Positions 41,015 to 55,335 of a stretch of 64,000 nt of DNA are shown here, one piece after another. Position 1 is the first letter of the stretch. Every line of letters starts with the position of its first letter. This DNA is from the human T2T-CHM13v2.0 reference genome, Homo sapiens. The translations under genes and the position numbers were made by a program. Under the pieces are notes generated by a model. It was not told the origin of the DNA, searched no databases, and saw nothing but the letters and a program-made list of their open reading frames with translations. The stretch lies in NCBI RefSeq assembly GCF_009914755.1, contig NC_060939.1; one strand, 5' to 3'.

Positions 41015-41302
41015 GTTTTGAGACAGGGTCTTGCTCTGTCGCCTGGGCTAGAGAGCAGTAGCACAATCATAGTTCACTGTAGCCTTTATCTCCCAGGCTG
41101 CAGTGGTCCTCCTACCTCAGCCTCCCAAGTGTCTCAGATTATAGTCATGTGCCACCACACCAGGCTAATTTTTTTGATTTTTAGTAAAGATGAGGTCTCA
41201 CTGTGTTGACCATGCTGGTCTTGAACACCTGAGTTCAAGCAGTCCTGCTACCTTGGCCTGCCCAAGTGCTGGGATTACAGACATGAGCCACCATGCCTAG
41301 CC
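41015..41302 (-). mobile_element. Alu (AluJ-like)
   Basis: Diverged full dimer. Confidence 0.88.
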
Positions 41303-42838
41303 ATGCTCATATGCTTTGTTGCCGAAGGTTATCTTTCTCATCTATGAATAGCCACGTTTTACCCTGTTCATCTGCTCTTCACATCCTGGAACCACCTGCT
41401 GATCCCTGTATATGCCCCTTTCCAGCTTGTCTATGCTGTGTTCTCTGCTTACCTTCTTTCTGTGGCATCTGTAAATTCAAGTTCATTCTTTCCTACAAAA
41501 CACAACTCAAATTATTTCTCCTTCATGAAGCTGACTTTGACCCATCCTGCTCTGACCAAACCAAAAGTAATGTTTCTCTTTTGACTTAACATCTCTTTTA
41601 TGTGAAGCGGCAGGATGGGAAAGGAACACTGAGTTTGGTGACAGACACACCTTTTATGGTTTCACTTTGCTCAACCCTAAAATATGGAGAGACAGTACAT
41701 ATCTTTTGGATGGTTGCTATGAAAAATAAATTAAAATGATGCATGTATATACATAAAATGCTTAGACAGAGTAGGGAAACATCAAATGATTGTCTGAACA
41801 GTTACTGCTTCCTGCCTTGTATTAGAGCTATTTACCAACTCCACAACATCCGAGGACCAGTTACTTTGTCTTGGGCACAGGTTCTCCAAAACAGGGAATG
41901 AATTGTTAGGCAAGCAAATGCCAGATGTTGAAATCAGATAACTCTCCCTCCTTCAATCTTATTTGTATATTAATTTAATTGGTAATTTTTCATACAGCAA
42001 AGAAATTTAGTTAATCTCCATATCTTGATTATTTAAAAAACTAAGATTGTAGCATTTGAATTAATGTTACTGTACTTCCTGTGTCTTGTGATCAATTCCA
42101 GTTTGAGTTATCTTCAAAACAAGTAAAAATTATAATTTTGCATGACCGATACTATACTAAATACTTTATACTAATAAAGATCTTTTCATTTAGTCATCAT
42201 AGCCACTGTGTGAAATAGGTGCTGTTTATACTTTAGAGATATGAAAAACTTTTCATATTTTATAGATATGAAATGAGTTCAGGTTTACATAGCTAGGAGG
42301 TAATATTTTTATAAACTTGATTTTTTTCCCCCTTCAAAGTCTAGTGCAGTCTTTAAAACCTCTAGTTTCACATGACCAAAAAGTAGTTCCATTTCTGTTT
42401 AGTCTTAGGATAAGATATGGATGTGTTTTCATCTTTAGAGAAGTCCCTGCACTGAAAAACTGAAACCAGTTGCATGTAGGCACACGTGGTTCTCAGTGTC
42501 TTAATGTGTGAACTAGACCATCTGTGTAATATTCTTGCTTGTAGTCTTATGAATGGAAGCCTATTTTACTTAATATTGTGTCACCTTGAGTATTTTCAAA
42601 AATTGCTGGGGTTTGGAATAGACTCATACTGAATTCTATGCTATCGTGGAGTCCATGGTTATCTGAACATGTTGGCTAGAGTTTTTTAGGTGATAAGAAA
42701 AAGGAAATGAACCAGACTTGTGTCTAGTTTTATATTCTCTTGAAACTTCATAATGCTTCATTTAATTGTCTTTTTTTTTTTTTTTTTTTTTTTACTTCTT
42801 AAATTGTTGAGTGGTGATCCATTTTTATTGTAATCTTT

Positions 42839-43148
42839 CTCTTTTTTCTTTTTTTTTTCTTTTGAGATGGAGTCTTGCTCTGTGGCCCAGGCCAGAGTTC
42901 AGTGGCACCATCTCAGCTCACTACTACCTCCACCTCCCAGGTTCAAGTGATTATCTTGCCTCAACTTCCCGAGTAGCTGGGACTACAGGCACATGCAACC
43001 ATGCCCGGCCAACTTTTGTATTTTTTAAATCAGAGATGGGGTTTCATGCTGATGACCAGGCTGGTTTCAAACTCTTGGCCTCAAGTGATCCACCTGCCTC
43101 GGCCTCCCAAAGTGCTGGGATTATAGGTGTGAACCACTGTGCCTGGCT
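42839..43148 (-). mobile_element. Alu (AluS-like)
   Basis: Full dimer flanked by TGTAATCTTT repeats. Confidence 0.9.
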
Positions 43149-43239
43149 ACTGTAATCTTTTAGAGCAGGTTGAAATACCTTAAATCTTTAAATTAGTTGG
43201 CTCAGTAGACCCTGGTAAACAGCGGCTTTTGTGTTTCCG

Positions 43240-43337
43240 GCTGAAGTGTCTGGGTCAGTGCAAGCTTGCAAGCTTCAGATAGACTTATACATATACAGGG
43301 CTCAGGGACATATACAGATCACAGAGTTATAAGACAG
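43240..43337 (+). pseudogene. UBE2Q2: UBE2Q2-like exon (about exon 6), inactivated
   Basis: VSGSVQA..SDRL..LRDIYRSQSYKT; acceptor reads CG instead of AG; 8-nt tandem duplication GCAAGCTT; donor GTAAGG intact. Confidence 0.88.
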
Positions 43338-43776
43338 GTAAGGATCTCTAAATCCCTTCTCTTATTGTTCTTTTGTTCTTTTCTGTTGTCAGATTATAAA
43401 TGTCATTTCTTAAAGCTGGACAGAAATGGAAATGTTTACTAGCTTTATTTTGTGAAACTCAAATGCAATCAAGTTCCAAAAGATGTAGGGGGTAAGATAG
43501 GATGAGTTTGCTTGTTTTTGGATTTAAAGAAATTGTTTTTATAGGTCCGTTGGAATTTTTTTGGTCATCCTCCTGATAGAGTGAACATTTACATGATTTT
43601 TATCTTCTGGCAAAAAGCTTGAGCAATATTGCTTGATAAGTAAATAAGAGTAATACATTTCATTATACAGAGAATGATTGCCAAGTTGATTTTTGTGATT
43701 TTTCCCCCCAGTTTTGAAAGCAACATAATCAACTCTTATTGTGGAGGTAGTTATGTTATTACTTTAAAAATATATA

Positions 43777-43940
43777 GGTGGAGTACACCTGTTGTCCTAG
43801 CTACTAGAGGTGGTGGGAAGCTGAGGCAGGAAGATCTTTTGAGCTTGGGGAAGTCAAGGCTGCAGTGAGCTGTGATTGCACCATTATATTCCAGCCTGGG
43901 TGACAGAGTGAGACACCCTGTATCATAAAACAAAAACAAG
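43777..43940 (+). mobile_element. Alu right-arm monomer
   Basis: CCTAGCTACT..GCTGCAGTGAGCTGTGATTGCACC..CCAGCCTGGGTGACAGAGTGAGAC. Confidence 0.8.
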
Positions 43941-44415
43941 GGGGAGTGGAGGGTGGGATACATATTGTATATGTATATATAGGACAGTTGTAGAAAAATA
44001 CCGATTTTTTAGTGATTTAACTTTTGACGGTTCCGTCCATGGCAAATTTTTCTCCTTGAACACCTTGGCTAATAATACAAGTTTAGGAAAGCATATTAAA
44101 CTGTGTTTGAATTCTTGAGAAAATTATATACATATGACTGTTTTCCTTTAGAATGACTCCAAACTCTGAACCCCCTTATTAGATTAGATTTAGGGTATTG
44201 TGATCCCTTTGGGACATTTATTCTAAAGGAGCTGGAAACTATAGTGGCCTCTATTTTTCCTGGGGATATAGAGCAGCTTAAGATCTCCTCTTTCTGGAAC
44301 TTATCCTAGGTGCTCTATTTTAGCTTTCAGATTGGTTCATTTTTGAGTTAGTTAAAATAATAATAATAATAATAATCTTTTTGTTTGAATTGTTTTTTGT
44401 TTTGGAATTCTCAAG

Positions 44416-44495
44416 GTTGACCCTGATAGTCCTTTGCACAGTGATCTTTAGATCTTAAAAAGAAGCGATAGGAGACATTTTGCTTATCTTTCAAG
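44416..44495 (+). pseudogene. UBE2Q2: UBE2Q2-like exon (about exon 8)
   Basis: tcaag|VDPDSPLHSDL*ILK..|gtaaga; TAG at 44449-44451 in the parental frame, followed by small deletions; splice sites intact. Confidence 0.88.
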
Positions 44496-44534
44496 GTAAG
44501 AAAATGGTTATGAGACTCTATATCCTTCTAATGG

Positions 44535-45300
44535 GGGTGTGTATTTGTACAAGTGTTTTGGAAAACGGTTTGGGAAAGTGGAAGATACTCACACCCTATG
44601 GTTCAGGAATCTCGTGGATATATACTCCACAAGAAATGAGTACATAGGTGCCAGGAGACACAGGAATGTTCAGAGCAGCATCGTTTATAATAGCCCCAAA
44701 CAGAAAATAACCCAAATGTTCATTCCAATAAAATGGAGAATTGTGGTATTCATAAAATGGCTTACAGTCATGTGGGACAAGATGAGCGAATCTTGAACAC
44801 TATGTTAAGCAAAAGAGACCAGACCCCCAAAACCTATTTTGTACAATTTCCTCTATATAGAGTTCAAAAATAGGCAAAACTAATGTTGGTTAGGGCATAC
44901 ATTCTTAGCGGAGGCAATATCGCCTGCAGTGGAGTGAAAATTGGTCCTTAGAGTGAAAGAAAATCTGACCTATTATACTGGTCTGCTGCCCTCCAAACGG
45001 CCATAGAACATAAATGAAAAGAAAACTGAGAAACACTTCTTTATGGGTTCATACTTGGGCAGTAAAACTATCAAGAAAAAAGAGGTGATTAGACACAGGG
45101 TAGAGTAAGGAGTCCATCTAGGTGGGAGGTAGGGAGGTGTGAACTGAAAGGTACATCTGTGGGCTTCTTGGATACTGGCTGTAATATATTTCTGGACCAG
45201 GTTGGTGGTTACATGGGCAAATAATTTAAAATAACTTGTTAAGGTCTACCTTAAGGTATCTTTTGTGTACTTTTCTGAATGTGTTATATTTAATAAAGTA
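44535..45300 (+). mobile_element. Old L1 (L1ME/MC-like) 3' end
   Basis: TTTGGAAAAC..GAATGTTCAGAGCAGCAT..ATAATAGCCCCAAAC..ACCCAAATGT..AAAATAGGCAAAACTAA. Confidence 0.65.
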
Positions 45301-45840
45301 CTTTTAAGATACCAAAAATAAAGGTTACAAAAGAATAACAATGGAATCTAGAAAAAATGTTAATGATCTAATATGGAATCTAGACAAGATGTAATGGCTT
45401 AAAATCTATGGCTATATGAAGTATTTTGATGAAAAAAACAAAGACATAAAGGAATACTTTGTTGTACTTACTCTAAGGATGGTAGTAGTTTTCTAAAAGC
45501 TTACTTAGCTTTTTCATGTGTATATTTTTCCTTGGGGATATATCTTATGATTGAACTTTCTTGAAATGACCCTAATGTTAGTATTTTCTCTCAATTTTGT
45601 TATCATAGAAACTGTTGTGGTTGTCAACTGGGTTGTCTTCCTAAAGTATGAATCCAGTATAGGCTGAAGTTGCTAATGGCTACTTCTTTACGGATTCATA
45701 TGGGTGAACGAATGAAGCACTCAGGCCTACAACAAAAAACACACACACACACAAAAAACAGGAAGATACCATTTTTAAAAAAAAACATTAAATCATATGA
45801 ACATATGCACAACACCAAACTTTAAAGAAATAGAACCTTT

Positions 45841-46192
<352 letters not shown>

Positions 46193-48789
46193 TCATGTCC
46201 TCTTTGGGAGGTATCTTGAAGGGAATGTGACATCTTGGCCAGGAAACTGGAGGATTTGTGACTGCAGGTGGTGTTTTCATTATTTTTTCCTGCTGTAGTT
46301 AGAACTTCAGGGAGGGGATGATCTGGGAGGTAAATGGCTGAAATGCTATTGGATTTGTGTTTGTGGCCCATGGCTCCTGATACCAGAAAGAAGGGCCTTT
46401 TCTGGGGTTGGAGTATTTCTTAAGACGCCTGGGAAGAATGTGATTGCCTTGAGCTAACTGACCTTCTGAAGAGGACCTTAAACTGAATTGCCAAGTTATT
46501 AGTATTGGGATTCACAGACTTTGGAGAATAGCAGGTATGACTCAGAAAGATTTACAGGAAAGAGCCAGAACAATATGTTTATGGCCTCTGATGTCCGCAG
46601 TGACAACTTGAGAGTCGTGAATAATAAGCAAAATTGAACTTGAGATAAAGTATAACACAAAGATGGGAGTGACTGCAGGAGGGAATGCGCCCTGGTCAGC
46701 AACTTGGTAAATCCAACTTGCTGTACTTTTAAGGAAGTCGTTTTCAGATGTTACAGGCAACATCAGAGTTACTGAATTGAATTCTGAGGTAGTACTTTAA
46801 GAAAGGTCTACTTAGATAAGGTTAGGTTCATTTAGAGAATAATAGCCAGGATTGGGAAGAGATTCTTTTCCATGTCCTAGGATAGCTGGTGAAATTATGG
46901 ATTTGGAGAGGAAAACATGGGGGTTCTGGTTCATGATAGATTGTCTTCAACTATTTGAAGGAGTATGTATATGGAAGCATTAGTTTTTATTTGTTTTTGG
47001 TGAAGACAGGGCATAAAACTAGAACTAATAAGTCAAATTACAAAGAGGTGATTTTCAACTCAATGTAAGGAAGTGACTTGTAACTATTTAGACCCATCTG
47101 GTGATGTAGTCTTTGAAAACTAGAATGTTCTTCATCTTTAAGAATAACTTAGAAGGCTGAGATGTTAAATGGGAAGTCAGATAACTTCATGAGATCCTTG
47201 TAGAGCCTGAGAGTCTCGTTCTGAGTTAAAATATACTAAGGTAACTCAAACTTAATTTTACCAGTCACCCTCAACCTTTATTTTCCCCTCCCTGAAGAAC
47301 TCTTTTTATTTCTGTAAAATCTTGATTCCTGAGTTCCAGGGTACAGAGCTTATGGAATAGAGTCCCCAGGTTTTGATGTAGGATCCTCTTTCTCCTGTCT
47401 GAAAATATCCTTTAGTATTTCCCTTAGTGTGAGTCTGCAGATAGAAAAAATCCTTATTTTTTATTTCATTATTAAAGAGTATCTTCATTGAGCGTAAGTC
47501 TCTAGATTGGCAGTTTCCATCTTTCAGCACCTTGCAGATATCATTCTGTTATGCTAGCTTCCATTGTTTCTCCTGAAGTGTTTATGGTGGTTAAATCTTG
47601 TGAAGTCTTTGATCAGTTCTGGAAAATTCTCCACAACCATATCTTCAGCTCTTGCTTCTGTCCCATTCTTTTTTTTCTTACAGGGCTCTACATATATGAT
47701 AAACTTTTCAATATATTGTCTTATTTTCTCAATTTTCTACCTTTTTGTCTTTCTGACCTTTTTCCGGTTTACTGAATCTGTCTTCTGCTAGGTTACTGCT
47801 GTGGTTAAGCTTATCCATTATGTTATTAATTTCAGTTTTGGTAGTTCTAAATTGCAGAATTTCATATGGTTCATTTTATAATTTGCATTTCTCTGCCAGG
47901 TTTTCAGTCTTGTCCTGTCTTTCCTTGTCTTTCAGCAGAGTTATTTTGAAGTGTGTCTGCTAACTCTGTTATCTCAATCCCTTGTGGTTTTGTGTCTGTT
48001 GTTTGCTTCTCTTGTTTTCTGTTATGTCATCTTTAAGTCTCATGTGGCTTTTTATTTTTAGTGATAGACATTATATATGAAAAATTGCAGAGCTAATTTG
48101 AAGCCTTGGATGATATTCTTCTCCAGAGAGGATTTACATTTCCCCTGCTAGGGTCTTGGAAATTCACAATCAGGGATTGAGACGATTAAAGCTGGCCATC
48201 ATTCCCTGTTGGGGCATTTTGCAGTTTGTTCTTCAGATTCCCAACCTAAGGAGTGGGAGACTTAGCAGGGCCTCTCCTCAGTGGATGCTGAGCTCCAATG
48301 TTTAACTCCCTGTGAGCTCTGTGAGGCTGTGAGTTCTAGCTCAGCTTGTTAACCTCTTCTTCTCTGCTGTCATTGGAAGAAAACCCAAGGGGGAGAAAAG
48401 AAGACCCTGTTCTCTGCTATTCCCTTTTCTCAGCCCTGTAATCATTACATTTTGTCCATCTTTCTAGTTCTCAGTGAGAGGATTGATCTAAGTTACCTAC
48501 TCTATCATTATTGGAATGGTTCCTTTATATAGTTCTAGTGAAGTGAAACCCCTTCATATGTTTCATAAGTTTACCATAACACTGTTCTGTTTGGGCCTCA
48601 TTTTAACTTCATTTTTATTTGCTTTGGTTTTCATTTCATTTTTTCTGTACTAATTTTACTTTTATGACTCTCACCCATTATCTGATAATAAATGTACATA
48701 TTCTTTTATAGACTTTTAAAATCTTCTAAATGGTATATAGTATTAACGATGTTCTTAAAATTAATTAAACTTGCTTATTTGCTTTTTAG

Positions 48790-48848
48790 GATAACTTTCC
48801 ATTTGAGCCTCCATTTGTTTGAGTGGTATTACCTGTTCTCTCAGGAGC
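48790..48848 (+). pseudogene. UBE2Q2: UBE2Q2-like exon (about exon 9)
   Basis: ttttag|DNFPFEPPFV*VVLPVLSG; TGA at 48820-48822; donor mutated to ATAAGT. Confidence 0.9.
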
Positions 48849-48874
48849 ATAAGTTTAAGTGATTACTTTAAATG

Positions 48875-49037
48875 TTTTTTTTTTTTTTTTTTTTTTTTTA
48901 GTTTAAAAAAATTTTTTGTAGAGATGAGGTCTCACTATGTTGCTCTGGCTGTTCTTGAACTCCTGGGCTCAAGTGATCCTCCCACCTTGCCCTCCCAAGG
49001 TGCTGGGATGACAGGCATGAGCTGCTGTGCCTGGGCT
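48875..49037 (-). mobile_element. FLAM/Alu left monomer with long T-tract
   Basis: TTTGTAGAGATGAGGTCTCACTATGTTG..GGGCTCAAGTGATCCTCCCACCTTG. Confidence 0.85.
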
Positions 49038-49057
49038 ACGTTTTTTTTTTTAATATA

Positions 49058-49199
49058 GCGTGCACCAGAATCATTTGGAGAGCTAGTCCCAGGGTTTCTG
49101 ATTAAGTAGGCCTGTGGTGTTGCCTGAGCATTTACGTTTTTAAGAAGTTCCCAGGTGAAACTGATACTGTTGTTCTGGGGCCTACATCTGGAACCACTG
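49058..49199. mobile_element. MER5A-like DNA transposon fragment
   Basis: CAGAATCATTTGGAGAGCT..TTTCTGATTAAGTAGG..AAGTTCCCAGGTGA..GAACCACTG. Confidence 0.65.
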
Positions 49200-50139
49200 G
49201 TTATAAAGCATTATGTTGTTGATAGGTAGAGATTTTAGTGTTATATATATGCATATATACACATATATACACACACACACATATTTATACATACACACAC
49301 ACATATATATATTCATACATACTTTTTTATCATAAAAACCAAAGGTTTTTCAAATGTAAATTGTGATTGAAGGTTTAGAGAATGTTATGATTACAGAGTG
49401 GTCCCCCCACATACCTGTAATCCTAATTAGTACTTCTAGGAATAATCATGGGAAATCCCATGGACCTATGGAGCTGGCTAATTACTTCTAGAGGTGATAG
49501 TTGCAGTGTAGTAGAATCAAATGGTAATTGTCATGCAGTTTTACTGAAATTTGTATTGCTTCTTTTTTGTGATTGGAAGTCTTACAGAAGTGGGGAAAAG
49601 ATCACAGTTTGCTAGGTTAGTTATGAAATGTTCTGTAGACCCTCAAAGTATGAGCAATTTAAAGTAACTTGAGGATTTTCAAACACTCAGCTGACTAATT
49701 CCATTATGTGACATAATCCACATTATGGTGATTAAAATCTAAATATCTCCAGCCCTTACTTTGATCATTTCTATGGTTGAGATAGTAATAGTTGCATTTA
49801 GGGTAAAAATATGAGTGACTACTTCACACTTCAGAACTTTCTCCAGAAGAGCTTTGTTGCTACAGTTATTTTTAGTTGTATTTGCTTTACATACTTATGT
49901 ATGTGTTTTGGGGGCTAAGATCCTGTTAAGAATCATTCTGCATAATCAGAATACATATTAACTGTGGTGCTGATACTACGGAATAGTTGTCTGGACATGA
50001 TATCCATGTGTAAAAGTTCAGAGAAACAAGAAGTGTGGGTTTAAAAAAAAAAAAACCTTAGTATTACATGTGGATGTGCTGAGCTCATTTTGAGTTTCCC
50101 CACACAGTAAAGGAATATTGGTTTTATTATTTAATTACT

Positions 50140-50432
50140 TAATTTTATTGAGACAGGGTCTTTGTCTGTTGCCCCAGGCTGGAGTGAGTGGTGCAATCAC
50201 AGCTCACTGCAACCTCTGCCTCCCGGGCTCAAGCCATCCTGCCACCTCAGCCTCCTGAGAAGCTGGGACTGCAGGCATATGCCAGCACACCAAGCTAATT
50301 TTTGTATTTTTGATAGAGACAGGGTTTCACCATGTTGCTCATGTTGGTCTCGAACTCCCAGGCTAAAGCGATCCACCCCACTGAGACTGACAAAGTATTA
50401 GGATTATGGGTCTGAGCCACTTTGCCCAGCCC
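50140..50432 (-). mobile_element. Alu (AluJ-like)
   Basis: Diverged full dimer. Confidence 0.88.
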
Positions 50433-51825
50433 AATGTTGTTTGTTAAAATTTTTTATTTATTTACTTATCTTTTGCTTTTCTGTTTTAATTTTTAAATTT
50501 CTATTTTTTCAATATTGTGTTTTAAGAGTCTACTTACCCGACGCCTGCAGCCTAATCTTTGCCATATCTTCCCAAATGTTCTGTGAGTGCTAATATAGTG
50601 GTATGGTAATAGATATTTGTTTTGTGGGGATTGCAAGGTTTTGGGGAACCAGGTTCAAAATGTCTTTTACCAAAGGACTTCTTGGAGCCTTAATGCCATT
50701 TTCTGTTTTTCCCAAATTTGTTTATTAGTGTTCCTGACAGCATCTCAGAGGATGGTGTCCTCTGGCTTACTCTCTGGGAAATGCTGCTCTGTTGGAAATC
50801 CGGAGTTCTGAGTGATCCCCATGCGTTTTCTGCTGCAGAGCAGGACATGCTGAAGTGATTCCTTCGTGAGCAGATGTTAGAGGTCTCCCTTTGACAGCTT
50901 GTTACAAAGTTGATCACGAATATACTATTACGGTGAGTGGAAGTCCCAGGTTGGGTGTGAAGCAGAGTTGTTTAGAATTGTGTACTATTTTGTTACCTTT
51001 AAAGCTTCTCTAGGCTGTTTTGGTTTTGGCAGTAAAATTGCTATAAAAAGTACTTCTCTTGGCATACAACCTAATGGTCAGTTTTGGAAGTTCAGTGTTA
51101 AGTAACCCAGCCAAATACTTACGTATACAAAATAAACACAAGACTGAAAAATAGTAAATGTTTAACCTTTGCTCACTACAGCAGGCTTTTTACTAGCCAC
51201 CAAGCCATAGTTCTTTTGTTTTTCATAGTTGAATGTTAAAATGTCTTTTTAATGAAGCCCTTACTGATTGGGGAGAAAGGACATAAGTATTGTGCTTTAG
51301 TTTTATGTGCTGGTTTATAAAATTGTGTATGTTGACTCAATATCCCCATAAGCATAGGGAAAGGAAAACGGGTCATGTTTTGTTCAGAATCTTATTTGAG
51401 AAAAAAAAAGATCAAAGAAAAGATTTGGATAAAAATCTGCAAATTCAGGATAAATGTATGAAAACATTTTAAAATGTGATTATGAAATAGACCAGTATAG
51501 CTTTTCAACATTTTGTTGTAAGAATCCCAAGAATGTAAGTTTATGATCTTAGTATACCACCTAGAATCGAGACAAATACATGAAGTTATGAATCATGCCA
51601 TTTTCAGTTTTAAAATCTGTTACATAGTTTCTTCATTGATTCTTTTTTGCCACAGTGTGTTATGGTCCTCATTATTTGGATGAATAATTTGAATAATAAG
51701 TCAGCTTGTGACTTAGCCAAATAAATCTTCTGATTCCTAGTAAAGTGTTTTTCATTATACGAAATGCCAGCTATGTAAGAGGAGATTAAAAGTACTAAGA
51801 ACTGTAAGTACTCCATTGATTATCA

Positions 51826-52171
<346 letters not shown>

Positions 52172-52974
52172 TTAAAGCTGCAAAGAGTTGCTCTTCATGA
52201 AGTAGATGGGATCTCAGCTGGGCAGTGAAATGTGAGTGGGGTTTGGTCAGCTGGTGGAGGTTGCAGGAAAATTATTTACATAGGTGAAGAGTAAGCGCAA
52301 TCAGGTATCTAGGAAAGAATGAGGGGTTCAGAGTATACGAAACCAATTTGAGCTATAACACAAGGAGGGTAGGATTCATGTAGAAGAGTTGTAGGAAATA
52401 TTGCTGATGTAATATTTTGTACTCAAACAGTTCTGTGGATTGGTGACAGATTTTTTTTTTCAGGTAAGTAAACTATTACCCCTGGATATTCATCTTTCTG
52501 TGTAGCTGGTTGAGAAACAGGGGAGTAACAGTAAAGAAACTGTTTTAGAATAAATCTGGTGACAGCAGAAGAGAATATGAGACACATTGTGCTCACAGAG
52601 CCTAGAAGAGTGTGACAGTAGTTGAGGGCACCGCTGTTGTCTTAGAGTGAAGTGAGGAGAACCTACATTGGTGTGGTAGTCATGGGAGTGGAAGGAGGAA
52701 TGAAATGTGAAAGCCCATTGGAGGCAGAATCAAAATGCCTTGGTCTTAATAGTCAACTATTAAGGAGAAATTATTGGCTGACTTAGGAAGAAGTGAAAAA
52801 TGTGAAATACCAATAAAACACCAGGCTTGTGATTTTAGTCAGGGTAAAGCTTAAGCATTGTGTGATTCTAGATAGATTACTGAGGAGTTTTGTTCCATTT
52901 ATTTTATGTCCATATCTTTGAGCTATGATTCTATCCTTTATTTCTTGACATACCCAAACATTTTTTAAACTATT

Positions 52975-53260
52975 GTGATACAGCTTTTATATGATAAGTC
53001 TCACTCTTTGAAGTGTACAGTTTGGTGGTTTTTAGTATATTCAGAGTTATGCAGCCATTACCACTACCTAATTTCAGAACCTTTTCTTCTCCCCAGAAAG
53101 AAACCCCATGCCCATTAGCAGTCACTCTGTATACTCGTCTCCCCCACCGTTGATCCTGGCGACCTCTGATCTAATTTCTGTCTCTGTAGATTTGCCTATC
53201 CTGGACATTTCATATAAATAGAATCATACAAAATGTGGCATTTTGTAATTGACTTTTCTT
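52975..53260 (-). mobile_element. L1MB-like 3'UTR fragment
   Basis: AAGTGTACAGTTTGGTGGTTTTTAGTATATTCAGAGTT..CCCATTAGCAGTCACTC..GATTTGCCTATCCTGGACATTTCATATAAAT. Confidence 0.75.
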
Positions 53261-55335
53261 TGAAGTGATTATAAAGCAAATGCCTGAAGAGGCCAAGCTT
53301 AGGATAGTGTTTGCTGTACAGCTTTGACAACTGAATTTTTTTTAAGTTGAAAATATTACTGTGTCTGTATATGTGGCATATTATCCTTAGATGACCGTTA
53401 CTTCAATTATTAGAATTTTTTTCCCTAGTATTCTTGAACTGTCTCAATATTCAGTAGGAACCCTTTGGAGACAAAGAGCAGTAAGAATTTGGAACACATA
53501 TTGACGAAATGAATGTCATTTAATACAGTAGTAGAGTCGACCACTTTTAGGTGTCAGTGCTGCTGGAAGTGTATATTAAGGAAAAGTTTACTTATCTTAC
53601 TTATGTAGTGAAGGTACTAGAACTACTTCTGTCTTCTGTTTAGATTTCAACAAACATTTGCATAGGTATTATGCAGTTGTACAAATGTACTGTCTTTTGA
53701 CCTGAAAATGCAAAAACTTTCTTCCTACTTTCTGAGACTCTGCAACCTTAAAGGAAGAGTGGGGTACTTTAAAGGAAAGGTGGTGTTGGTTGGATAATGG
53801 GTGACAATGTCTGCCATATACTTCCTTTTCCCAAAACAAGTTCCTGTCTACCATCAGCATCTCCAAAATTTGAAGATCAAGTGTGGTGTTAACTCATTAA
53901 CTAAATGACTAGACTTTGAGCAGTTGTGGAACCAAAATCTGAGTGAGTGCCTGGATGTTCTAATTCTGTTAAATCAATGAGTGCACATTATATACAATAC
54001 TCTCTTAGCCCAGTGGCAGATTTAAGGAGTGAGAGAGAGATTTCAAATGTTTCAGAAATCAAATACACAAAGAATAAAAATTTGTAATCCCATGATTCTT
54101 TACCTGAGTTTAATTTTTCGGAGAGTTTTTCTTTTAGATTTTCTTTTCCTTCCATTAAACTTTCACTTTGAAAGCTCCCAGGGTTTGGGCAAAGCAAGTG
54201 GGAAAGACACTTGCTTGGATTCTCCAGGGCAAGGGAGTTAAAGAGGGCTTCTTTCCCTCATTTTATTATTGAATAATGTCATGAAAACAATTATTAAGGT
54301 GAATGGTCTACAGTAGAAGTTTTTAGATGCCTTCTCTGCAAAATAATTTGGTTTAGTCAATGCAAGGATGCCTTTGGTTAGCTGGAATGGAAGATGCGCA
54401 GGCTAGAGTGGTCTTGGCAAGTCTTCTGGGGGGAAATACAGCATTTGGAAGGGTAGGAAGCAGAAGGAATCTCAAGCAAGGGAAAGGTGTGGGCAGAGCC
54501 CCGGAGGACAGAACCGTTTGTGGTGGACTTGGTGTCCACATAGATCTAATCAGTGGTCTTAGCTTTTGTGCTTTCAAAATTACCACAGTTTTTGTTCTAA
54601 AACTATCATTCCCTTGATTTTACTTTAGGCATGCTATCTGTGTATTTTGAAATTTAAAATAACATTAAAGGAGAAATGAAATTATTTTGTTTGAGAAAGA
54701 ATTAAAAGGTTAAAACATCTTGATCTAAATAATTTTCTAATGGGAGATTTGGTACATCCCCAGAAGTTGTCTTTGGTTCAGAGAACAGTCTTCAGACCTA
54801 GAAAGGACTTGAGGAGTCCCAGAGAGGAGCCACATGGTGTGAACCATTCGATTCTCACAACAGAATGGATAAGAACAATTTCAACCATGAAACCGTGCAG
54901 ATGTTCATATTTTGAATAGGGTAAGATCGGTGCCATTGTCAGAGGAAAAACTCCTGGCCATCACAGGTTGGGAGAGAAAGTTTCCATTGTAAAGAACACT
55001 CAAATGCCATTTAAGGAAATGGGTTCTTCTGCCCTGATTCTTTGGAATATTTAGGGCCACGTTTTTAGTTTTTGACATCATAAAAATTTCAAAGTATTCT
55101 GTTCTGATTGCCATTTCAAACAATTGACTGGAATTTCAGAGCAATTTCATAAGAGTAATACCATTAGAATTTTTAAATTACCTATAATCCTATATGCCTA
55201 ACAAGTATGTTCATGCTTACGTGTTCTCTTCTTGTCTTTACTGTGTGCATACTTTCTTAATAATGCCACATGGAAATTGTTTAAGCAGGAATACTTCTCA
55301 AGATAATTTTGTATGTTTCCTTTTTTCTTTTTAAG

